NCBI GenBank assembly: GCA_964460435.1
Contig: CAYWRH010000005.1
Coordinates: 1,791-65,790, forward strand
Direction: 5' to 3'
Origin: an uncultured Desulfatiglans sp.
Lineage (GTDB): Bacteria; Desulfobacterota; DSM-4660; Desulfatiglandales; HGW-15
DNA: 64,000 nucleotides
Shown here: piece by piece, positions 54,134 through 63,163 of the stretch
Position numbering within the stretch: the stretch's first letter is position 1
How the letters are laid out: every line of letters begins with the position of its first letter
Position numbers and translations under genes: made by a program
Notes under the pieces: generated by a model
Database searches by the model: none
The model's input: only the letters and a program-made list of their open reading frames with translations
What the model was told of the DNA's origin: nothing

Positions 54134-56482
54134 ATGTCAAAACAGGTTTTTAGAAACAATAACAAATGGGGAATAGGGTTAAGGTCATTGCTTATCACAA
54201 TGATCCTGTCACTCATTTTTTCATCAATTGCCTTTGCTACTGGTGGTGGTAGATATAAGACCACTGACGCATGGTCTTTTGGTGTAAATGGCGATACTCA
54301 ATGGACAGTGACAGATACGTATAAAAAGGATGCTGATGGCAATTATATAACAGATGAAAATGGTAATTTTATCATTGACAAGTCAGGTGACCCTACAGGT
54401 GAAAATCCGAATCGTGTGAGCGCTGCATTAGCTAGGGCTGTTGACGCTAAGTTCCGTCAAGCCAAGGTTAAGTTTGTTATTCAAACAGGAGACCTGACTG
54501 ACTATGCCGGGCCTGGATTATATACCCGTGCACAAGTTGCTAAAGAAGATCTTTATGATTACGGGATTGGTTTTTTTCCTTTACGTGGCAATCATGAAAC
54601 ATATGGCTATTTCATCCCCGGGTATGACCCTGATTACACACTAAATGTCCCTGATTTTAAGGCAGCCTTCCCCCAGACCCAGGGACAAGGAGATTATCTC
54701 TTTGGTGCAACAAACTTCAGCGTTCCCAGTAGTGTAATTGGGAGTTCAGTGAGTATAATAGATGGGCTGAGCTACTCCTTTGATTATGGCAAAGCCGGTA
54801 GCAATGCCAGGTTTGTTGTAGTTGATACTGAACAGACAGCGGTTGTACATCAGGATGCACCAAAGAATGTCACAATTAACAATGTAACTGTAATAAATCA
54901 AGATGGTACAACTACTGTAAAAAATATTACCATTGCGCAAGGATATTTTTACTTAGGATGGACTGTCTTTCAGTATTCAGAACCAATTTCTGGAAGGGTT
55001 GGTCAATGGAATCCAGCATTAGGAGAGAAAACTAATTACAAGGCATGGGTAAGTGTTCCAGGTACAATCCCGGCAGGTACATGGTTTCGCATAGACAGTG
55101 CGAGCAGACCATCAGCTCATTTTTATGGATGGGAACAAGCAGACGGCGCTTATCCTTTGTATAATGCTGATGGGTCAAAAAGTTATCAATATCTTTCACT
55201 GGAAAGTAATAATGCTAGTAATACAGAATTCTTTCCTGGCAAACAACAGTTGTGGATCAGCGACAGACTTAACAAGGCGACACGCGGCACTGAACATGCA
55301 TTTGTGTTCTCTCACAGGCCAACGTTGAATGCAAACCATACGGATTCCTTCTTTGGTACATCTTCAGCTGTGACACCTGCTGATCAGAATGCCTTCTTTG
55401 CAAGTCTTGAAGACAATGGTGTTAAGTTTATGATTTCAGGCCACGATCACCTATATAATCGAGCCCTTGTTGAAAGCCCGGATCGTTTATCAGAAATTAT
55501 GCAGATCGTTACACAGGGATTAAGCACAAAATTTTATTCCCCAACCCGGCTGGATGACTTTGGAAAAGAGGGTGTTGCCCCCGACCAGACGTGGGTCAAA
55601 GATAGGGAGACCCAAATTGCCCAGGAAGTTAACAATTTTGGTTATTATATCTATACAGTTGATGGTCCACGCGTAACAGCTAGTTATTTTGCTGATGCTG
55701 ATGGTGGCTTTGTAGATGGGGAGCTGTATCCTGATGGTACAGGTTCTCTTGAATGCCCTGACCTTGATTTTGTTAAACAGGACGAATGGGGTTACAGCCT
55801 TAATGGACAGCAGTTTGTAATCCCTCAAGGCGAGTCATATACAATGGTGCAAGACAGCTTTAATGGCACAACAGCAAAAATTATTGCCGGTAAAAACAAC
55901 AGTACTACTACCGACCTGACACCGGTTGCATTTGTAGATAATAATAACCCTAAAACTGATGATCCAAGTGATGATACTCAGGTCAGCGGCCCACGTGCAC
56001 TGAATAAGGTGGTCAACACAGGCTGGGTTGATCGTCCCAATTACAAGCCACTGCCTGTTGTAAAAACAATCTGGGATGTTTTAAAGATGTTCCAGTATCT
56101 CATGATAAATGCAAATAACAAACTTCAGAGCGATATCGTGTCTCTCTGGGGCATGGGAGAACTTGGAAAAGAAGAGACTGATACCTATGTGCTCTCTATG
56201 ACATATGATACAACCTCAATGTATTATGGTATCAATAACCTGCAAATGATCAAGAATGGCAAGGCCGGAATTGCTACCTATGTTAATGGCAAATGGGTAA
56301 ACGCAGTAAATGAGAATTTTGGCGGGAAGGCAAAGTTTGTTCTGGGGCCATATAAAGATACATATGGCCTTGGCACATATGGAATTGACCTTAAGACCAA
56401 TACCGCATGGGCAGTATTAAATTACAATGCAGACTTCGCAGTTGCAACTAATGTAGGCCCTGCATGTTTTAAAAAATGGTAA
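54134..56482 (+). CDS. secreted calcineurin-like metallophosphoesterase (long paralogue)
   Basis: Signal peptide, then motifs GDTQW, GDLTD, RGNHE and SGHDH in order. The C-terminal domain is shared with 56651-58420 and ends WAVLNYNADFAVA. Confidence 0.75.
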   Translation: MSKQVFRNNNKWGIGLRSLLITMILSLIFSSIAFATGGGRYKTTDAWSFGVNGDTQWTVTDTYKKDADGNYITDENGNFIIDKSGDPTGENPNRVSAALARAVDAKFRQAKVKFVIQTGDLTDYAGPGLYTRAQVAKEDLYDYGIGFFPLRGNHETYGYFIPGYDPDYTLNVPDFKAAFPQTQGQGDYLFGATNFSVPSSVIGSSVSIIDGLSYSFDYGKAGSNARFVVVDTEQTAVVHQDAPKNVTINNVTVINQDGTTTVKNITIAQGYFYLGWTVFQYSEPISGRVGQWNPALGEKTNYKAWVSVPGTIPAGTWFRIDSASRPSAHFYGWEQADGAYPLYNADGSKSYQYLSLESNNASNTEFFPGKQQLWISDRLNKATRGTEHAFVFSHRPTLNANHTDSFFGTSSAVTPADQNAFFASLEDNGVKFMISGHDHLYNRALVESPDRLSEIMQIVTQGLSTKFYSPTRLDDFGKEGVAPDQTWVKDRETQIAQEVNNFGYYIYTVDGPRVTASYFADADGGFVDGELYPDGTGSLECPDLDFVKQDEWGYSLNGQQFVIPQGESYTMVQDSFNGTTAKIIAGKNNSTTTDLTPVAFVDNNNPKTDDPSDDTQVSGPRALNKVVNTGWVDRPNYKPLPVVKTIWDVLKMFQYLMINANNKLQSDIVSLWGMGELGKEETDTYVLSMTYDTTSMYYGINNLQMIKNGKAGIATYVNGKWVNAVNENFGGKAKFVLGPYKDTYGLGTYGIDLKTNTAWAVLNYNADFAVATNVGPACFKKW

Positions 56483-56548
56483 TCTCCTGACTTTTTTATA
56501 TACATGCCTGACAGGCATGTATATAAATCAAACGTTTTAAGCTTTGGC

Positions 56549-56590
56549 ATATCGGGGTAGAAAATATTAATTCTACCCCGATATTTCTTT
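56549..56590 (+). terminator. intrinsic terminator (13-bp perfect stem plus T-rich tail)
   Basis: ATATCGGGGTAGA (56549-56561) pairs with TCTACCCCGATAT (56572-56584), followed by TTCTTT. It is preceded by another perfect 13-bp hairpin at 56497-56525. Confidence 0.55.
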
Positions 56591-56650
56591 AAACTCATGG
56601 TATAAAAAACAAGTAAATATTTTGAGTATTTTTAGCGGAGCAATTTAAAA

Positions 56651-58420
56651 ATGAAGAAACTAACCTGCCTGTTTATATTCCTTATTGCTCTGGTATCCTC
56701 CACCCTTGCTTTTTCTGAAGGCGGAGGCCGATATCAGTCAATAGATGCATGGTCATTTGGCGTGCATGGGGATACACAGTGGACAATTGCAGAGGATGCT
56801 GCAAACCCCGACTTTGTATCAGGGGCAATGATCAAACAGGTAAATGATGAATTCATTAAACATGGCGTAAAACTTGTCATTGCGCTGGGAGACCTCTCTG
56901 ACAGGGCAAAACCGGGGGCACTGGCAACAAGGGCGAAATTTGCAAAACCATTATATGATGCCGGCATAGGTTTTTTCCCGATGCGGGGAAATCATGAATC
57001 ATATGGATGGCTTTATAATTATACATCTGTGGAAGCCGAGATAGCTGAGATTCTGGAAAACTTTCCTCAAACCAGAAAGGAGATGTTCGGGGCATATAAT
57101 CTTTCAAGCCCCTTAAAACTGGATGGGAAAGATAATCCGGATTTGGATGGTTTAAGCTATTCTTTTGACTTCGGCCCAAAGGGCAGCAATGTCAGGTTCG
57201 TAATCATTGACACAGAGGATGTTAAATGCGAAACAACTGAAGTCGAACAAAATGGCACAAAATACCCTTACTGGCCAAAGGCATGCACAAACTACCCTAT
57301 ACCTTCACAGCAGGAATGGATAGATGGCAGGCTAAATAAAGCCGGCAGGGGAACAAATCATGCTATTATTTTGAGCCATCGTACGCCATTGAGCCAGAAT
57401 CATACTGACTCACCATTTAATCCGAATACTGTTTTCGGTCAGGAACCATATGGCATGGATTATAATAAAGAAGGGCAAAACAGCTTTTTCGCAAGCCTCA
57501 ATAAAAACGGGGTTCGGTTGTATTTGGGCGCTCATGACCATATACATCACCGGTCTGTAATTAAAAGCCCGGATGGCAAATCACAGATACAGGAGATAAT
57601 AGCAGCAGGATTGAGCACCAAGTTTTATTCCCCTTCACCTATCCCTTTTCCGAAAAAAGACAGAGAGGGGAATATTACAATACCGGATCAATGGCATAAT
57701 CAAAAAGGCCGCGAAGTATCCATATCGCAGGAAGAAAATAATATAGGATATTATATCTATACTGTAGACGGGCCGAGGATATCAGCAGATTATTATGCTG
57801 ATTCAAGGGGTAATTTTCAATCAAGCAACCGGTTTCCATTCGGTGAAGATAATCCGGAATATCCAAATGGTGTCACACCGGAGTTTCATTTTGTTAAAAA
57901 AGAGAATTTTGGGTACAGCCTTAATGGCAGGGAGTTTCTGGTTGCACAGGGTGAGTCATATAATGTTGTAAGTGACAGCTTTGGAAAAACAAGCGCCAGG
58001 ATACTTTATGGGTTTAATAACAGCGCATCGGTTGATGCCAATAAACGCCTACTTACAAAGGCAGTTGAGACAGGCTGGGTAAAAAATCCTGATCCAGACA
58101 AATTGAAAAGCGATATCTTTTCCATCTGGGGGATGGCAGAATTGGGGATGAATAACAGGGCAGACATCTATGTGCTTTCCATCTCTTTTGCATCAGGCGA
58201 TGCCCGTCTATTTAAAAATGGAAAGGCCTGGATCGCCACCTATACAAATGGGAGATGGGTTAATGCGGTCGATGAAAATTTCGGGGGCAAAAAGAGGTTT
58301 GTCCTGGGTAAATACATGCCCGAATATGGCCTGGGCACCTATGGGATTGACCCAAAAACAAAAACCGCATGGGCGGTATTAAATTATAATGCAGATTTTG
58401 CTGTTGCTATTGAAAGATAA
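56651..58420 (+). CDS. secreted calcineurin-like metallophosphoesterase (short paralogue)
   Basis: Signal peptide, then motifs GDTQW, GDLSD, RGNHE and GAHDH. It is collinear with the upstream paralogue, including the C-terminus WAVLNYNADFAVA. Confidence 0.75.
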   Translation: MKKLTCLFIFLIALVSSTLAFSEGGGRYQSIDAWSFGVHGDTQWTIAEDAANPDFVSGAMIKQVNDEFIKHGVKLVIALGDLSDRAKPGALATRAKFAKPLYDAGIGFFPMRGNHESYGWLYNYTSVEAEIAEILENFPQTRKEMFGAYNLSSPLKLDGKDNPDLDGLSYSFDFGPKGSNVRFVIIDTEDVKCETTEVEQNGTKYPYWPKACTNYPIPSQQEWIDGRLNKAGRGTNHAIILSHRTPLSQNHTDSPFNPNTVFGQEPYGMDYNKEGQNSFFASLNKNGVRLYLGAHDHIHHRSVIKSPDGKSQIQEIIAAGLSTKFYSPSPIPFPKKDREGNITIPDQWHNQKGREVSISQEENNIGYYIYTVDGPRISADYYADSRGNFQSSNRFPFGEDNPEYPNGVTPEFHFVKKENFGYSLNGREFLVAQGESYNVVSDSFGKTSARILYGFNNSASVDANKRLLTKAVETGWVKNPDPDKLKSDIFSIWGMAELGMNNRADIYVLSISFASGDARLFKNGKAWIATYTNGRWVNAVDENFGGKKRFVLGKYMPEYGLGTYGIDPKTKTAWAVLNYNADFAVAIER

Positions 58421-58470
58421 TTAATTCAATAACATTAGGTATATAACCCCACCCTGCAGAGGATTTACTT

Positions 58471-59034
58471 ATGAACGATATAAAGAGACCTGAAGAGCAT
58501 CTTCCGCCACCATTACCCGGCCCTGAAGAAAGAGAACAAACAATGAAAAATAGTCCGTCGTATAAACGCGCTGACGAAATGTTCTGTTCCAACTGCGGTG
58601 CAATAATAAAAATAAAATCCCTCTCATGCCCCAGGTGCGGTAAGAAACAGAAAAAGGATGGCATGGGATGCTTGCCCATGGCTGCTATTGGTATTGCCAT
58701 CTGTTTTGTTGGATTTTTTATAATTGGCATTATCGCTGCCATTGCAATCCCCCAGTTTGCAGCATACAGGGCAAGGTCATACCAGGCAGCTATCAAGACA
58801 GAGTTAAATGAGGTCTGCAAGGCTGAAGATGCCTATTATACTCAAAATCACAAATATACTGACAGCCTTGATGCGCTTAATTATAGCCCAAAACCAAACA
58901 TATTAATTCAGATAGTTGAATATGATGATGAATGCTTTTATGCTCGGGGTGAGATGAAAAACCTGAATAAAAAATATATGATAGACTGCGACTGTACAAT
59001 CACTGAAGAGGCCATGGAAAGTAAAGAAAAATAG
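58471..59034 (+). CDS. zinc-ribbon domain fused to a type IV pilin-like domain (no prepilin cleavage motif)
   Basis: CSNCG...CPRCG zinc ribbon, followed by a TM segment ending IIAAIAIPQFAAYRARSYQAAIKTEL, which is the conserved pilin alpha1 helix. The G/FTLIE leader-cleavage motif and Glu5 are absent. Confidence 0.6.
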   Translation: MNDIKRPEEHLPPPLPGPEEREQTMKNSPSYKRADEMFCSNCGAIIKIKSLSCPRCGKKQKKDGMGCLPMAAIGIAICFVGFFIIGIIAAIAIPQFAAYRARSYQAAIKTELNEVCKAEDAYYTQNHKYTDSLDALNYSPKPNILIQIVEYDDECFYARGEMKNLNKKYMIDCDCTITEEAMESKEK

Positions 59035-59051
59035 CAATGCAATATCAGGCT

Positions 59052-59831
59052 TCAGCCCCTTTTATTATCAGGTCTGTAAAGCAGGTCCACAACATTCCGG
59101 ATATACTGTTCATCTGAAATCCCTTCTATTGCCTCCTGTGGAAACTCTACAATATTTTTAAACCAGGAGGCAATCTCGCTGAATAATTCTATCCTGGCGA
59201 CAGGATCAAACTGCTCCCTTCGTAACAGCGCCTGCAGGGCTATGCCTGCCTCCTTTGGAGATACCCTCTGCCTCAGCCTGCCAACAAGATGAGGGTAACC
59301 ACGGAATGAGTTATATTTGTCAGGCAACAGTTGATCAAGGTCAGGTTCATTCACCTTCGTATTCCACACAACAATGGTGTTGGCTGCAATATCGCCAAGC
59401 CTCTGTGAATAGCGTGAAAAAAAGCAGGTCAACCCTCCAACCAGATAGAATACTGAAGGCAGCTTATCAAGAGGGCGCAGTATATTGCGTATAATCACCT
59501 GATGAAATTGCAGATTAAGCCCCTGTATGTCCATAACCCTTAAATTGAACATGCGCTTTCCTATGGTTTGCCCCCTGAAGTAATACTCCATAATAATCCC
59601 ATATCCAATGGAAACGATAAAATAGAGCAGAATCAACCCTGCTATGGCAAATTCCATACTTATTATTGAAAACACCTTCATCAAGGAGGATAATATTTTT
59701 GTTATGGCTGAGATGCATGCAAGATCAATCGCCCATGCGAGAGAACGAATAATGGGCCCTGCAAGGCGAATTGAAAATTCAATGCCCTCAGGTGTTTCAA
59801 TGATAAGTCTGTTTTCTCTGCTATGGATCAT
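59052..59831 (-). CDS. RDD family membrane protein
   Basis: The TM-rich N-terminal half has the motif GQTIGKRMFNLRV, typical of RDD domains. It is the last gene of the MoxR-type operon. Confidence 0.65.
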   Translation of the reverse strand: MIHSRENRLIIETPEGIEFSIRLAGPIIRSLAWAIDLACISAITKILSSLMKVFSIISMEFAIAGLILLYFIVSIGYGIIMEYYFRGQTIGKRMFNLRVMDIQGLNLQFHQVIIRNILRPLDKLPSVFYLVGGLTCFFSRYSQRLGDIAANTIVVWNTKVNEPDLDQLLPDKYNSFRGYPHLVGRLRQRVSPKEAGIALQALLRREQFDPVARIELFSEIASWFKNIVEFPQEAIEGISDEQYIRNVVDLLYRPDNKRG

Positions 59832-59832
59832 A

Positions 59833-60849
59833 TCAGCTTTTCTTTATAACCTGCCTTTCCTTTTTATCAACCCCTGATCTGAAGAGAAGCCATGAAAGAA
59901 GTATTAGTTCAAGTATCCCGAAACTGATCTTCACACTGTAGGGTATTACTGGCTCATGATACTGTGAGAAAAAACTCTCTATTATTCCGGCCCAGACGAG
60001 AAGGAGCGCCGCACCTGATATTATAGTTACCACATCCCTTGACACGTTGGCCAGACGTTTCCTCATTGTTTCAGTAGAACCATGGCCAATAATTGCATCT
60101 GCAAGCATAAACCCTGCCTGCCCGCCTAGAAGTATAGCTGGTATCTCAAGAGACCCATGAGGCAGTAACCATCCCATAAGAAAAACCGATTCTCCGGCCA
60201 TCATATAGTCAATGGCGACAGCGCCCAAGATTACACCATTGTAAAAAAGAACAATTATCGTGCCCACGCCGAATGTCATGCCAAGGGCCATTGCCAGGAT
60301 AGCAACATTTATATTATTTGTCATAAGCTGTGATGAAAACCGGAGCATTCCGCTCCCGCTGATATCAATACCTTTATTCTCTTCCTTGTCCACCCTTTCA
60401 GAAGGGGAGCCTGTAAGGTGTTCAAAGGAAACAATAATGGCCTTTGAATCAGGATCAAGTGTTATGGCAAGCCCGCCAAAGATACAGCCGGCAAGGGTAA
60501 TTGCAATGCTTAAATAAAAGGCCTTTATATGTAAGCGAAAGGCCCTCGGAAATGTTATGAAAAAAAAGCGCCGCGGTGAAAAGGTTTTTGAATGTATCCT
60601 TGTTTCATGTATCTCGCAGTATGCCTTTGCCACAAGTGATTCAAGATAGTTTTTGATCCCTGTCTGGGATGAAAAGGTCATGATTTTTCCGAGGTCTGCC
60701 GAGGCCCTTTGATATAGATAATGAAAACGTCTGATCTCAGTGAAATCCATTTTACGATTATTATCCCGCCCAAGTGAATCCAGAACCATCTCCAGTTCTG
60801 ACCAGTAGGGTTGTTCATCCTCTATAAATTTTACTATATCAATAATCAT
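59833..60849 (-). CDS. SpoIIM-like (DUF95) membrane protein
   Basis: The C-terminal half is polytopic, with LPHGSLEIPAILLGGQAG as in the SpoIIM/DUF95 family. It is translationally coupled to its neighbours. Confidence 0.6.
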   Translation of the reverse strand: MIIDIVKFIEDEQPYWSELEMVLDSLGRDNNRKMDFTEIRRFHYLYQRASADLGKIMTFSSQTGIKNYLESLVAKAYCEIHETRIHSKTFSPRRFFFITFPRAFRLHIKAFYLSIAITLAGCIFGGLAITLDPDSKAIIVSFEHLTGSPSERVDKEENKGIDISGSGMLRFSSQLMTNNINVAILAMALGMTFGVGTIIVLFYNGVILGAVAIDYMMAGESVFLMGWLLPHGSLEIPAILLGGQAGFMLADAIIGHGSTETMRKRLANVSRDVVTIISGAALLLVWAGIIESFFSQYHEPVIPYSVKISFGILELILLSWLLFRSGVDKKERQVIKKS

Positions 60850-62201
60850 AGCTGCTGCTTCTGTTTGATATTTAAATACTGGGAGATCAGTTGTGTGTTC
60901 ATTTTTTCATTATCGAGCAGCACAAACCCTACCCCCATTTTCTTTAGCCGTTTTTCCAGGGTTTTCAGATTTTGATGGATCATATGCCTGCCAAGGTTTT
61001 TATATACATCCTCTGTTGTGCCGGCATCAGGGGATGAAAATATGGGTTTTGCAGCCCCTGTGTTAAGGTTGTTGACTATAATCAGATGCTTTCTTGAAAG
61101 CACTGAAATTCTCTCTAAAAAATTATCAGCAAGTACAGGGTCATCAAGATTTGTCATAAATATGAGGAGTGCCCTGTGTCTGATTCTCAGGCTTATAAAT
61201 GTAATAAGCTCTGAAAAATCTGGTGATGCCTTGACCGGCTGCAGGGTATAGAGTGCATCCCTTAGGGCATTGAAATGGCCCTTTCCTCTTTTAGCCCTTA
61301 CAAATCTCTCTATTTTATTGCTGAATGCAACAAAACCAAAAAGATCGCCTATTCGTTCGGTGACAAGCCCCATGATCAGGGCCGATGTTATATATTTTTC
61401 TATTACTGTAAGTCTTTCCCGGTCAGTGTTTTCGGTCTCTTCATTGCCATTAATTACCCTGTTACTCATGCGTGAGGCATCCATGATGATATAGACCTCC
61501 TGCGTTCTCTCGACCTGAAAAACCTTGGTAACAGGGTACTGCCTTTTTGCAGTAGTCTTCCAGTGTATATCCTCATAGCTGTCTCCTGGCGAATATTCCC
61601 GCAATTGTTCAAAATCACGCCCCTTTCCTATCATGCGTTGACTGTGGAGGCCAAGACCCCTGTTCTGGAATAAAAAGGTAATATCTCTTTTCTCCCTGAA
61701 GAGATCAGGGTATATGCGTATTTCAGACTGAACAGCCATTCTTTTACGATAAGACCAGAATGTAAGTGGAGAGGCTACCCTGATATAGCACTGAGTCATG
61801 AAGGCCCGTCCTCTTTTCAACGCCCTGCATGGCCATGTTATGGAAGACAATTCATTATCATGAGGCAGGTCAATAGTCATCTCTGTTGAAGATGATATTA
61901 ATTCCGGGGGAAGCGGAAAGGCTATATCTATTTTCTTCAACAAATTGTCCTTATTAATAATGCGGACAGCTATTTCACCTTCACGCCCCTTTGAAAACCT
62001 TACAATCGCGGGAAGTTCAATACGTATGCCATCCAGGCAGCCTGTGCTAAAAAATGCATCAATAATTACTATTATGATAAAAAGGGCTGCAAATATGGAC
62101 ATGTATAGCGCCACAGCCGGTTGAACGACAGCAATGAATATGGAAAAAGGAATAAGGACTATTCCAACCCATATAATCAGCCTGTTGGTCGGTAAAATCA
62201 T
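60846..62201 (-). CDS. DUF58 domain protein (vWA-like, MoxR partner)
   Basis: Two N-terminal TM helices. The DUF58 signature is REYSPGDSYEDIHWKTTAK. It overlaps the moxR-like gene by 4 nt. Confidence 0.8.
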   Translation of the reverse strand: MILPTNRLIIWVGIVLIPFSIFIAVVQPAVALYMSIFAALFIIIVIIDAFFSTGCLDGIRIELPAIVRFSKGREGEIAVRIINKDNLLKKIDIAFPLPPELISSSTEMTIDLPHDNELSSITWPCRALKRGRAFMTQCYIRVASPLTFWSYRKRMAVQSEIRIYPDLFREKRDITFLFQNRGLGLHSQRMIGKGRDFEQLREYSPGDSYEDIHWKTTAKRQYPVTKVFQVERTQEVYIIMDASRMSNRVINGNEETENTDRERLTVIEKYITSALIMGLVTERIGDLFGFVAFSNKIERFVRAKRGKGHFNALRDALYTLQPVKASPDFSELITFISLRIRHRALLIFMTNLDDPVLADNFLERISVLSRKHLIIVNNLNTGAAKPIFSSPDAGTTEDVYKNLGRHMIHQNLKTLEKRLKKMGVGFVLLDNEKMNTQLISQYLNIKQKQQL

Positions 62202-63163
62202 CTTGGAACAACCATATCCTTAAGAATATCCTCTATTACTTCAAGGACTGATAACCCCTCTATCTCAAACTCCGGCCTCAGGATAAGTCTGTGCTCAAGC
62301 ACAGGAACTGCCATGTTCTTAATATCATCCGGGGTAACAAAATCCCTTCCCTGTATTGCGGCCATGGCGCGGCTAGCGAGAAGGAGTGACTGTGTGGCAC
62401 GCGGGCCTGCCCCCACCAGTACTGCCTGGTGTTTTCTTGTGCCCTGGACAATATCAACAATATATCCGATAAGATCATCCTTTATAAGGGTGCCTCCAAG
62501 AAGCTTTCTTAATCTTGTCAGCGCCTCTGATGAAATGACCTGCTTTACCTCTCCCCTTGCGAGGATATCTTCAGGCGCATCCCCGCCAAGCATGCGCTGA
62601 GCAAGCTTTAGTTCATCAGTTCTGCTCGGTGTATCCATATTGATCTTAAGCATGAAACGGTCTTTTTGCGCCTCTGGAAGAGGGTATGTCCCTTCATACT
62701 CAATAGGGTTCTGTGTGGCAAAGACAGTAAAGTTCGGTGATAATTTATGGGTGGTCCTGTCTATGGTTACAAGGCGCTCCTGCATTGCCTGTAACAGGGC
62801 AGACTGTGTCTTTGCGGGCGCCCTGTTTATTTCATCAGCAATAAGGAAGGTGGTAAACACTGGCCCTTTTACCAGGTTAAATCTGTTTTCCTGCATGCTG
62901 AATACATGAGTCCCTGTAATGTCTGTAGGCATCAGGTCAGGTGTGAACTGGATTCTTGAAAAATCGCTCCCAAGCACATGGGCAAGGGTACGCACAAGAA
63001 GAGTCTTTGCAATTCCAGGCACGCCTTCAATCAGGGCATGATTGCATGTAAAGATCGCCACAAGGGCCTTGTCAATCACATGCTCCTGCCCGATAATAAC
63101 CTTTGACACCTCATTTTTTACATTTGTTAAAATCTCCCTCAGTTCTTCCATATCTTCTTTCAT
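62198..63163 (-). CDS. MoxR-family AAA+ ATPase
   Basis: Walker A GVPGIAKT, Walker B LIADEINRA, and the typical MoxR length and C-terminus. Confidence 0.9.
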   Translation of the reverse strand: MKEDMEELREILTNVKNEVSKVIIGQEHVIDKALVAIFTCNHALIEGVPGIAKTLLVRTLAHVLGSDFSRIQFTPDLMPTDITGTHVFSMQENRFNLVKGPVFTTFLIADEINRAPAKTQSALLQAMQERLVTIDRTTHKLSPNFTVFATQNPIEYEGTYPLPEAQKDRFMLKINMDTPSRTDELKLAQRMLGGDAPEDILARGEVKQVISSEALTRLRKLLGGTLIKDDLIGYIVDIVQGTRKHQAVLVGAGPRATQSLLLASRAMAAIQGRDFVTPDDIKNMAVPVLEHRLILRPEFEIEGLSVLEVIEDILKDMVVPR

